64,000 nucleotides of DNA from Nemertoderma westbladi (GCA_032718475.1 JAUCBJ010008582.1:1-64000), one strand, 5' to 3'. Numbered from the stretch's first letter, positions 11,931 through 23,481 are shown. The notes: generated from the sequence alone by a model not told the origin. A program made the numbers and translations.

Positions 11931-14900
11931 AATGTGTGGCCGCAGAATGGCGTTTGAATCTAAAGGCCTTGTAGGTCTAAACACAGTTGGGTTGGCTTAG
12001 TGTGTGACAGGTTTGGGTGTCGAAGGTTGACTCACCTGTTTAGTCGTCAGTAATGTAGGTCCGGCTAATAAACTACTACGGTCCGTAATTGGCGGATTAC
12101 TTACCTTGACTTTTGGAATAGGCGATGACGTTGCTCTCGGCGGTATAAATTTGTCCGGAATAACAAACCTGTGTTCCGTCGCATCGTGGATAGGAGATAT
12201 GTTGCTACTACCCTCAATCGAAACAGATTTTTTAGACGTAATTGGTGCAAACATAGGAGTTACTTGAGGAAATCGTTGCATTAATTCATTAACTAATTCT
12301 CGTCCTCTCTCGGGTGCCCTACACTTCCTTCCTTTTTTCGTTCCTGAATTTGGCGATGCCTTACCTCTATCCTGTCTAGATCGTGTCCGTCTCGAGATCT
12401 CATCGATCGATCGTGGGCTTTAAGATCCAGATCCTCTTGGCATTGGCTAATTCTCTCGCCTTCCTTTCGAGTTCGAAATGAAGTTTAACCTCTTTCTCAT
12501 GTTGTTCCGTTTGTTGTTGTTGTGCCTCGAACTCCGCTAGTCATATAGCTGATTGAGCCTTTATTTGTCGTTTTTTAATTTCGGCTCTTGCTTCTGAAAC
12601 TAACCTTTGTTCTTCCAATTCCGCTGCTCGTCGTTCCAACTCGGCTGTTGCCGCTTGTCGTTCCAACTCAGCTGTTGCTGCTTGTCGCTCCAACTCAGCT
12701 GTTGCTGCTCGTTGCGCTAACTCAGCTGCTGCTGCTTGTCGTGCTATTTCTAGCTCTAACCTTTCCATCTCAGCTGCTTCTAATTCGGCTGCTTCTTGTA
12801 GATGAGAGATTCTCGCAACATTTGCTACCCGTAGTTTCTCTTCCTCTACTGCTGCTTGTACCGTTAGCAATTGAGTTTGTTCCTCAATTTCTTGTTGTTG
12901 TCTGTAAAACTGTTGCTGTTGTCGAGAAATTTCTGATGTTATTATACTCACCTCGCCAATTTCGCTACGAATACTCACCAATGATTGATCCAGTATTCCC
13001 AGTGCCAGTTCTGTCTGTACGGGTGAAGCTTCCCTCGTAGCCTCCGGCACGGTTTCCAAATCTCCGACATCTTTGCCGCACATACGTAAGTGATCCGTCA
13101 GATATTTCAGTTGTCCATCCAGTCTATACAGTTCTTGTTCTTCCTCGGGCTGCAATAATTCATCGGAAACTGACTCACCTAGCAACTGGTAGCATTGTTC
13201 CTGTTGTATCAGTCTAACGGCCGTCTTAAACTGAATTAGTTTCTCCCTAGCGATCATTAATTTCTCGAGGATCTTAAACTGAGTGTCCGCATCCTGTCTT
13301 TGTCTAGCTAGATCTTGTAGACTGATTAGGTCACTTACGGACTTATGTACCTTACTTTGTACTCTAACCTGTAAGGTGTAAAACTCGAACCGGGACATCG
13401 GAGTGGTCAACTCGTTTAATATGCGTTGGCCTTCTCCAATACTCCTAGTAATATGCGCCATGTATCCTCCGACGCTTCTAACAACGCTCTCTTGGCTTCC
13501 TACTGAACTAACCATATCCGTTTCCCTGTATCTAGGCTGCGGAACAGTTAGAAAATCCTCAGTCCTGCCGTCACCTCGCACTACGGCATCCGGTACTCCC
13601 GTTGGATGTACTGGTGACGCACACGGTGTTGGTTCGGTAGGCTCGCGAGTCTTCCCTTGTGGTTCTTCCGCTACTGACTTATCCGCGTCACATGAGTCAT
13701 AGTCAGTAGGTGTATTTTTCGTATAGTCCTGTTTGTCACTCATTTCGGTAGTTGTAAGTCAAGTAAATGTGAGTGTCAAAATATCGACTTACCGTATTTA
13801 TATCAAAACGGTACTAATTACAATTCAAACATATAAAATTAGCCTAGCGGCCAATTTTACAGCAAATAAATGTCACAGAATAAGTATATAATAAAATTAG
13901 CCTAGCGGCCAATTTTATAACAAATAAATCGGATAACGATATACATTATCAAAATGTAATTCAAACGCAAATAATACGGACTAATTCAGCAATAAACAAA
14001 GAAATCGTACGGAATGCATAAATACCTGAGACAGTGGAACCCACAATAATTTTAACTAATACGGTAATGCCTAACTGATTAATGCAACTTTTCAAACTTA
14101 CCCTCTCCAAAATTCTCCAGAAAAACAGATTCCCAGATACAAACCGGACGTGAACCTTTCCGTTTCCAGCGTTGCGGACGAAGTGCGATTTTCCCCAACC
14201 AAAGTTGTTGAGTTATCAATCTCCCAAACTTGCTAAACACGGTCTTGCTCTCGTTACAGTCTAGAAATGAGCTCTGAATCCTGAAAAACAAAAGAGTTTG
14301 GTTTTACTTTACGAAAAATATTGTACCGGTACAATATGGTATTTAAACCCTTTTAAACACCGGTATTTAATTCCAAAATATTTTACACATGGTTCAAAAT
14401 ATGAATTGTATTCATTAATTAGCACTTAGCTAATCAAATACAAATTTTTACCTCAAAATACAAAATTTCTAAAATATTTTTAGTCCTACTGAACTATAGT
14501 TCAGTAAAACACATTCTGTGTTAAAATAACACATTCCTACTGTTTGATCGACCAGATCTACAAACATATTCCTACTGTTTGTAGATTCCGAAATCACATC
14601 TCTACTATATGTGAATCCTGCAATATCCTACTGTAAAGTCTGTGAATCATAAAACATAAATCCAACCTTCTCACCTAAACAGTAAACTCTAAGTAAGCGA
14701 ATCTATTGCAGTATCGGTCTCGTTAACCAGTGAGGCAGAAAACAGTCTACGAACGGACAAACTTCGATAATACAAAATCCCGCGCAGCGAATCCTAACAA
14801 TCGTGCTGACTTGCTGACGGACTAAAGGCGCTCGTATACTTTGCCGCGGTGTGATTTATATGGGGTGGGGGTTGCTAGCTAAATATCTAACTAGCGGACG

Positions 14901-15909
14901 AACTGCGGCGTGGACAAAATTATTTTATATATTTCGAGGTGTAAATAATTCCTAAACGTGTGTGTGTTGAATTTTATAATCGAATTTTAGTTTTGTATCC
15001 CTTCACATTATATAATTTACTGGGTCCGGTGTGCATTTTACAAATATTCTAATTTTGCGGTCTGTAGGTCTAATACTCACAGATGATAAGGCTCCTTCCC
15101 CTTTTGTGTATTTCCAGGACTCAAATTCAGGCATAAGGTTAGTAACTACGCCCGGAATTCGGCAATTTAAATCTACCAGGTCCCTAATACTAAGAAGAAA
15201 TGTGTTAGTTTACTACAGTAGGCATACAGTTACGATAGCTAGCCTGGTCTCCTATCTAGAATTTTGGTTGCCTAGGTGGGCGTGGCAACTTCTTATCAGG
15301 ATGTCGGCGGGGACACGGTAGGTGTTAGTATCCCAGATAGCCCTAATTTGTAATGCGCCTAGCACAATAAACTGCCCGACCACCTGACCGGTACAATCTT
15401 GATTCAGGCAAGACACGGTAAACTTCTCTTGGCCTACAGACTCCAATACAAGCAATGGACACCGTTGTACTACAAAATAAGCCACAAGCGCACCTATACA
15501 CAGCAAATAAGTTAGGCGTACAGTTGTGATGTACCCTACCAATGTACATGCCCCGTAATGGTGTGCCTGCGTCCTATCTGTGTACCTGTATCTATTCTCT
15601 CTCTCTCTTTTACTCTCCCCCGTAGGAATGTGAAGGAGTACCGCGGGTTCTGCCAGAATCAAAACAGTACAGTTCCTAAATTTAAATTTTGGTGCACAGC
15701 GTGTCACTACGTCTACCTTTGATCTCAGGTCTTACACTTAGGTAGCAAGGCATCAAACGCTGTCTAACCTTTCAGGCGATGGGCGAAGAACTATGAATCG
15801 ATATTGTGGGTGGTCTCCTTTCTACATTCCACCGATGTTCCCGTTCATTGCTGCGGCCTGCTGCTTAACCTGCCATCTGTCCCTCAGTTGGGTTCACCGT
15901 GGTGAATCA

Positions 15910-16473
15910 TGTTAAAACAGATGTAACAATAATTCTAACTTTATTACAAATAGCAAACAAATTACGAAGATAAAGCACAAAGATAATCTAGTGATTAAGA
16001 TTGATAACTAATTGCACAAACGCACCTTTATATAGTAAATTAGTGCTGCCAATAATCTAGATAAATCTAGATCATTCTATAGGTTCCATTACGTTTTTAA
16101 AGATAACCATTGGTCCAACAAACGAATAACTTGCACGACATTGGTTACTGTCAAATAACTGCAATTACATTGGTTAATCTACCTTGAGCAGATACAATTC
16201 AATCGCAGCGGTCAATTCAAATAAGTTGAAAATTGGCACAAAAAACAATTTACACCTGCTAGGATTTGAATTCGATACCTATCAAACGATTTTCTAACGC
16301 ATAACCCACTGAGCTACTGAACCACTTGAATAATGTTGTACAAATAGCTATACCAAATGCAAATGAGAACTTAATGCAATCTTATAACATATGAACCTAT
16401 CAAATAATGCAAATTAATTCCAACTTATTAAAATTTTGAAATTTCACAGCTTTTGTGAGGATATAATTCTATA
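15910..16473 (-). repeat. E1 shared central LTR (~564 bp)
   Basis: On the minus strand it starts TATAGAAT and contains a tRNA-like cassette, three CCAAT boxes (~16110-16175), TATATAAA (~16030) and AATAAA (~15942), then ends TTAACA. The 5' boundary is defined by loss of identity with the flank at 28852. The 3' boundary is inferred from the terminal motif only. Confidence 0.85.
16240..16325 (-). ncRNA. tRNA-like Pol III cassette in E1 LTR (also 3490-3575; split copy 24409-24486 / 28688-28705)
   Basis: A box TAGCTCAGTGG, 34-nt spacer, B box ATTCAAATCC (GTTCAAATCC in the third LTR), then a T6 run. No intact cloverleaf. Confidence 0.7.
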
Positions 16474-17044
16474 CCGCTCCATGAAAACAGGATATTATCA
16501 TGCATAAAATATACGGTTTTCACCAATAATTACAAATCAAATTATGAAATACTTAGAGCGTACATATTTAAGGCTTTAATTAAGTAGATACAATTTCCAA
16601 ATATAAATCTAAATTACATTCACCAAATATAAATCTATTGCATCTCAAATATTGCATAAATTCAAAATAATTACAAATACAAATAAATGAAATCTTAAGA
16701 AAGGCTCGCGAGTCTTCCGTCCACCCTTTGCCTCTCAAATATTGCATAAATTCAAATAATTACAAATACAAATACTTTCGTACCTAAATATAAACAATTT
16801 CACTTTGTACCTAAATATAAATTGCATAAGTTCGGAATAATTACAAATATAAATCTTTCTAAATATAAATCTTTCAAATATAAATTGCATAACTTTCTAA
16901 ATATAAATCTTTCAAATATAAATTGCATAACTTTCTAAATATAAATCTTTCATACCTAACTAAAATATGCATCTTTATATAATGCTAATAAATGAAATCA
17001 TAAGAAAGGCTCGCGAGTCTTCCGTCCACCCTTTGCCTTCCATT

Positions 17045-20000
17045 TCATCGCTTTGTAGATTGGGCTCGGCCGCGTCCTCGAAAACTGCGTATAGGCGACT
17101 TTGCTCATACTACAGGACTTATGGGGCGAGTCACTAGTTTACCTTGGACGTTGGGAGACGGTGCGACCATTTCCTCACAAGCTCGCCTCTTAGTAAACCC
17201 AAATCCTCGTCCAACTCCTCGTGACCGATTAGTTGGTTCTACCGATGGCAAAACGTCTGGGAACGCGCTGGAAGAGGACGGCGCAGACCCAAGACAAGCT
17301 TGTGCCCCCTTTTGATCGGCTGGTATGTGTCCCAATCCTCCTCGCGGTTCTCTGGGAAGTGACACCGTATCTCGAGTAACTCGAATAGTCGGCTCAAATC
17401 CCTTTCGTTCTTCAATGTTAAGAGTTTTCTTTAATTGTTGGCTCACTTTCTGAACCCTTATGATCCTGTTCTGTCCGTCCTCCCGAGGGTGAAGTGCAGA
17501 CGGCGCAACCGGAGTGGCTGGTTTGTCGGTCGCCTCTAGGATCTCCTCTTCCTCGAATACGCTCGACCGTATACGTTTATGGTAGAAGGCGGCTCGGTAC
17601 GCCCATGCGACTGTTAACCCAGCTCCCTTGTTTCGCTTTTCAGTTCGAAAGCGGTAGAATTCACCATACGTGATACGATTAACGACTTTCTGGAAATTCC
17701 AAGTGTTCTTATTGTCTGGATGAATCTGCAATAAATATTCTCGCACGACCCTGAATCCACTATCGTGAGGCAAAATGTCAACTACCTCTATCAATTAATC
17801 ATACTGTGGCATAGCGGAGATATATCCTTCCGACATCATAGTTTGAGGATTTACCGCCCAAAATCCGAGGTGTGCTCTCATCGGGAATCGTCTTCTTTGT
17901 GCCGATACATGTTCGTCAGCTAAATCTTCCCAATTATCAAACAGTTTTCTTACGAGTTTCACCGACTCGTGTTCATATGGTATGTCTCTCAACTGACATT
18001 CAGATGCTCGATGTCCCTTTATATTGCAGTATGAGCATTGTGCCATAAATCTCCAGCAAGTATAAAACGTATGGGATCCCTGGTCTCCACACCATCCACA
18101 AATCAGTTGAGTCGTAGTAATATGTTTTCCGCTGCATTTCGTTGAATGATGTCCAGCGACGCCACATTTACCACACATCGTATTAGCAGGGTTCCACACT
18201 CACTCATATATAAGGTCACCAATTGGTCGAGCGCTTCCTCCCACACTATAGTCATAATCGTCTGGATCTACAGTTTGGTATGTTTCAGAAGGTTGTATAC
18301 AAACTACAGCATCCGTTGCTTCAAGTTGAAAAATCTCCGTCTGGGATTTCTTCGGGAGCTTCCTTTCGATCTCAAGAAGTTCCTCCAGAGGATCACCGAT
18401 AATCGTTGTTGCTTCAGAATCATTACCGAAGTGACCGATAGGCGCGCGCGTCTGCCGTGATTCGTCAGTAACCTCTACGATACGTTCTCCTTCATAAGGT
18501 AACATTGTAAACATAGATGGTCTTTCGATAAGAGATCCCGCACAGCGAAGATACACGTCTCGAAATATACTAAATCCTGCTCGAGTAAAGGCATTGCACT
18601 GAGCGTCGGAATTGTAGAAGGGTTCGAGAAATCGTCTAAACACGTCAGTATGAATTCTCCCTTCCTCGTAGAACGTATGTCCTTCTCCGAGACAAAGTGG
18701 ATGTCTTTTAAGAGTCCGAGACACAATGTCGGCGATTAAGCAAACATTCACTGATGACTCTATCGCTAAATAATATTGTATTACTGCTCTTGGAGGTGAC
18801 GTAATAGCCCAATACACGCATCCTCTCCATTTTAGCTGTGATTCAAACTAATTCATATCTGGAGTATCACCTTCTCCATATGTTTCAATATACTTGGTTC
18901 TTTTACTTTCCTTGTAATCCCAATTAAACATCAGGTAGGAAATGTATCCCATTCCGGTCTTTTGTGTATCATACTCCCGGAAAAATCCTTGTTCTATGGA
19001 CCATAGTATAAGAGGTCGAGTGTCGACGTAAGGTGTCGGTAATCTGTCGTCACTATCCGACATGCCGGCAAAGTCGCTAATTAAATCCTCTCTCACTCCT
19101 GATCCAATCTTTACAACGGTTTTGTCTAAAATAATGTTTCTTACCATCTTCGGTAACATTCTAGCATCGATGTTGCAGGCCTGGTCCATCTTCCTTACGA
19201 TATTGGTAATGAGATGGTGCCGCTTAGTAGTTCCTTGAGGTATCGGCATTCGGTTGTCGCTCCTTTGTCTACTAAAAACGTACAAGACTCCGTCTGCCGC
19301 TCTAATTTGTATAGTCTTAGAAGTTAGACTTTGTTGATGGCTGCGGCCCTCATTATCATAAAACATATAACCATTTTCTTGAAATGATCTAAGCGTCCTG
19401 TGCCATTCGTCCATTAATTTTTCCGAAGGTTGCCAAATCTTCTCTATATCTTTCTCGTCCTCGAAACGAATAACTTTACCTTGCCAATTTGTGGCGATGT
19501 CTGTATCCGATTCAAAGGTTCCTGTCCCGATCCATAAGCGAATTGTTCTGGTCAGATATCCTTTCAAATTACTCGGAGCTATATCGGCGCCAGCTCTATC
19601 CAGTTCTCTAAAGTCTTGAATATGCGGCGGAACGTTATGCACGACCTTTTGCGTAATGTGTCTACGTAAATCATATATTTTAACCATATCGCTCAGAACA
19701 ACAGCAGGAAGGAACTCTAAGTTTGAAATAATTTCCGGATGATCCACGATAGGTATTTCATAAGTCGTATCTTCTCGAACTGGTATACTAATAGGGAAAT
19801 TGAGTGTCTTACTCAATGGTTTCGTAGTCGGAGTACTATGCAGTTGCATTTCTCTTGTCCTTTCCGGGGATGCAATCTGTAGTCTCTGAATAACGTTTTG
19901 GGCAAAGTTTATACTTTCGAAAATTTCCGGTGGGTGTCATCTCCTTAGCTGAAGTCTGATCGTGTGACGTCCAATGGTAAGGTAGGCTCGCAAGTCTTCC

Positions 20001-20771
20001 GCCCCATTCTTCCATCTCACCTTTCTCGAAAGCCTTATATGCTCTGTATAGGCTAAGAGCTTCTTTCTTTTCGCGGGTTGACTGAGTCACCTCTTCCAGC
20101 GTAAGTTCAAATGCATCGGGTTCAACAATCTTAGGTGGACAAACGACAATTTCTCCCGCCTTTGGTCCACACATAGCGAATGAATGATACGGATTAGATA
20201 AAGGATACCCTCCTTCCTGGTAACGTAGTTGTTGATGGTTCGAACACCTCGCCAATATCGGCTCGGGATTTTCCTTATTCAAACGCATCGGAATCGCCTT
20301 TTGTTGTTCGCGCATACAATCACCACATTGATAATAAAGTTTATAAACTGAAAAGGCTTCCTTTGTTTCTCTATCGTCTCCTCGAGTTCGTATGTAAAGA
20401 TGCATTCCATCGAATTCATCGCGTACCACAGGCATAGGTTCATGCGCCTTCAGGTATTGCATGGTATGATACAAACGACTTATTTCTGTATCTAGGTCTT
20501 CACTAATATCTCCCGTATCGCATAAAGCATCGTACGGATAAAGTTCGTTGAAGGTTTGACGCAAACTTTCGATTCTCTCGTTTAAAGCGTTCTGCCTCCT
20601 CTTTAATACCATTGAGTCATATTTAGTTTTAGCGAGTTTTGCTGTACTCTCCGATAAATCTTTTATTCCAAATATAGTGTAGTCTTTTGCTCCGAATCGT
20701 TCAAATGGAGCTGCTGCTTCCTGTTGAATATCATATCCCCATCTCGGCTCTCCAGATATCCCCTTTGCCAT
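17045..20771 (-). pseudogene. E1 accessory ORF3 (~1240 codons): DEDDy 3'-5' exonuclease-like domain plus three CCHC zinc knuckles
   Basis: ORFs 19849-18848, 18817-18200, 18199-17795 and 17794-17105 share one frame, separated only by stops. Two of these stops are sense codons in copy 1. ORF 20771-19836 joins by a frameshift. Motifs: FYDNEG, TIQIRAADGVLYVF, LPKMVRNIILDKTVVKIGSGVREDL, YVDTRPL, QYYLAIE; knuckles CGKCGVAGHHSTKC, CGWCGDQGSHTFYTC, CSYCNIKGHRASEC. Confidence 0.8.
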
Positions 20772-20803
20772 TATTAGATGTATTTGTTACATAATCATTA
20801 CTA

Positions 20804-21090
20804 CTAGAGGGAATACAACAGAGTTTTATGTTAGTTGTGAGGAGATTTGGGAGTTTTTCGTCTGCCTTTTTGGCTCGACAACGCTCTAACCTCCTACCCA
20901 TAGCCTAAGATCTAGGGTTTCTTTAATGACACACTGTTTCTTATTTAAAATTTTGCCGAAATAAAAACGATTTGGGCTAAACTGGCTGTGAGTCTAAAAT
21001 ACTCACCTTTTGATCCCAAACTATTATCAGAAAAATAAGCAATCAAGAATTAGTAATATTATAGGGAAGTCTATTGGTTGACGTAACTTA
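20804..21090 (-). promoter_or_regulatory. Putative internal promoter and leader intron for ORF3
   Basis: Minus strand reads TTACGTCA-ACCAAT...CCTATAATA, then donor AAAG|GTGAGT (21006), branch-like CTAAC, and CTCTGTTGTATTCCCTCTAG acceptor (20804), ~30 nt before the ATG at 20771. Confidence 0.5.
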
Positions 21091-21437
21091 TTGAAACAAG
21101 ACCGTGTAAAATTTAATTTAATTTTAAGAAAGGCTCGCGAGTCTTCCGTTCTCTTGTTTCTCTAATTTTAAGTTCCACCCGACTGTACCCTGAAATCCAT
21201 TCACTGGAGAATCAATTTAAAAAATTTTTCAAATGCAAATGGATTGTCTAAAATTTCGAAAATGTCTCATATTGTGAGTTCCAAGTAGAATTCCATTTCT
21301 TATACCTACAAATCCCGCTCCTATGTGACACATAAGGGTACTACCCTTTAATGTTCACATATAAAGACAATGGAATTCTACCGCTGTCTTTACTACAGTG
21401 TACAGGTACGTGGAAATCTATTTGGTAAACACATATA

Positions 21438-23481
21438 TTATTTACTAAGATTTGTTGGAGACTTATAATCTCCAGACTCATTCCGAGTCTCTTCAAGAAG
21501 TACGAGACGTTGAGTCGGTCTGTCTACAGTACGACCGTCAATTGTCTGTACCGTCACAGTCCTTGTCACTCCGTCCATAGATGGGTGTGTATCTAAAATA
21601 ACACCAGTTAACCAGAAGCGTCTTTTTAAATTCACTTCTGCTAACAGTACATGATCGCCCGGTTTTAAAGCTCGAGTGTTATTATACCAAGTAGTTCTGG
21701 CAGAAATAGAGGGCAAATAATGGTTTTGCCATATTTCCCAGAATTTGTTAGCTAGTAGTTGCGTGATTTTCCACGCCTTTCTACCATAGCTATCGCCTTC
21801 CATTGGAATAGAAATAGGCATCAATGTAGTCGGTGCCTGCATTAGCAGGTGAGCTGGTGTTAAAGCAAACTGGGATTGTTTGTCATCGGGTACTAATACT
21901 ATGGGTCTAGTATTTAGTATTACCTCGATTTCAACAAACAATGTGGTCAATTGGTCGTCTGTCAAGATGTGGTGTACTGGAATGACTTTTGCCATGGCTG
22001 TTTTAATGGATCTTATCAGTCTCTCCAAGACTCCGCCTCTCCATGGACTATCTGGAGGGTTAAATCTCCAAACAATCTTGTAAGGACGTAATTCGTTGGA
22101 GATCTGATCGTGATCTAATTTCTTAAAGGCCCTTGCAATTTCATTTCGAGCACCAACAAAGTTTGTACCTTGGTCTGAGTACAAGCATTTGCGATAAATC
22201 GCCGTAATGCTAGTATAAAGGCGTTAGTGGAAAGATCCATCACACGTTCAATATGAACTGCCCTACTGGACATGCATGTGAATATCAGTCCCCAACGTTT
22301 TACTAGTATACATCCACATTTCGTATTTATGGGACCAAAGCAGTCAATTCCAGTCTCTGTGAAAGGTGGTCTGAATGCTTGTAGTCGTGCTTGTGGAAGT
22401 TCACTCATTTCTTGGGTACTTATTCTAGAATGTACCTTTTTACAAATAATACACATACGCGTCACTGAACTTAGCGCTTTACTGGGTCTAATTAATACAA
22501 ATCTTGTACGTAAATGTGAAAGACAGTGGTGTCTTCCAGCGTGTTTTAGTTGTAAATGTGCGTCCAGTATCATTGCACGTTGTAATTCGTGATGTTGTGG
22601 TATTATTATTGGGTATCTAAAGTCTGTATTAAAGTCAATGTTTTGAAGCCGAGATTTATGACAAATTAAGCCATTATAAATTTATCGGACTCCAACTCAA
22701 TATTGGTGACGACTTGATTGGTTGACCTTGACTTATAGATGTGAATTCGCGTGCGAAATATCGCAATTGGTAATGGCGAATTAATTTAATTTCACATCTG
22801 TCAATCTCAGTCAATGTAAGTCGTCGTGTAAAGTCGCGTTTGCCCTTAACGTATTGTACAAAACGTACAATCCACGCTAATTTTCGGCACGCTTTTGTCC
22901 AAGAATCTGTCAGGTTTACAATACGGTCGACATAAGTATTTATGACGTCATCAGGTAAGTCAGTGATAAGTCTGGAAGGTCTAGTTTAACTAGATGGGCC
23001 CACGGGATACTTTGTTGAGTCGATCCTTAATGGTGGTTTAAATTCTATGGGATCACTGGATTTCGGTAAACTTATGTTTCTGCCGATATTTATCCCAGGT
23101 CCCACCGTGGGTTGTAAGGTTGGTATGTCTCTTGAGCGCAAAGTAACACCTGTATTTACATTTGTATAGGTACTACCCACATCTGAAATACATGAGGTTT
23201 CACTGTACTTATGGTTACTCAAGAGTGTCAAATTTGGTAGTTTGTCAATAGAAGGCCGCTCCAATAGAGAAACTGCGGCTTTACTATGTATTGATGTGTT
23301 ACCAATGTCTGGTTGACCGTCTGGTAACATGTCTGGTTGATCATCTGGTAACATGTCTGGTTGACCGTCTGGTAACATGTCTGGTTGATCATCTGGTAAC
23401 ATGTCTGGTTGACCGTCTGGCGATACGTCTGGTGAAGAAAGGCTCGCAAGTCTTCCGTTTTTAACTTTATAAGTTATATTT
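21438..23481 (-). pseudogene. E1 integrase region, copy 2 (gag to RNase H deleted)
   Basis: GIDCFGP, FTCMSSRAVHIE, YSDQGTNFVG, PWRGGVLERLI. Near-identical to 5144-7186. Confidence 0.92.

Larger units (their letters stand above)
5144..13743 (-). pseudogene. E1 gag-pol polyprotein, fragmented by stops and frameshifts
   Basis: Coiled-coil Gag N-terminus; capsid-like PPKFSGNSKHWHTF...EKFNYL; three Zn knuckles (CQYC..H..C, CWRCTQHGHVRKDC, CPSCGHNHDALLH); protease AILDSAS; RT CDVEAMFHQV and FYVDDGL; RNase H CFSDAS, PRAELQAA, WTDAT, NPADIAS; integrase H...H...CIIC, GIDCFGP, ERLI. Confidence 0.95.

Noticed and set aside
15252-15707. 151-aa ORF in the E1 leader (also 23540-23875)
   Set aside because: Non-ATG start, different lengths in the two copies, and the homologous E2 region does not preserve the frame.
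15883-15895. Leader AACCCAACTGAG complementary to the LTR tRNA-like A-box region (self-encoded primer idea)
   Set aside because: Only ~11 nt with a bulge, not at the RNA 3' end, and no equivalent match in E2; could be chance.
16240-16325. Functional tRNA gene (also 53380-53463 and 50420-50490)
   Set aside because: Acceptor, anticodon and T stems do not pair in the LTR cassettes; the third is a SINE head.
17045-20771. env gene
   Set aside because: No signal peptide, fusion-protein cysteine pattern or TM anchor; nuclease and knuckle motifs are present instead.
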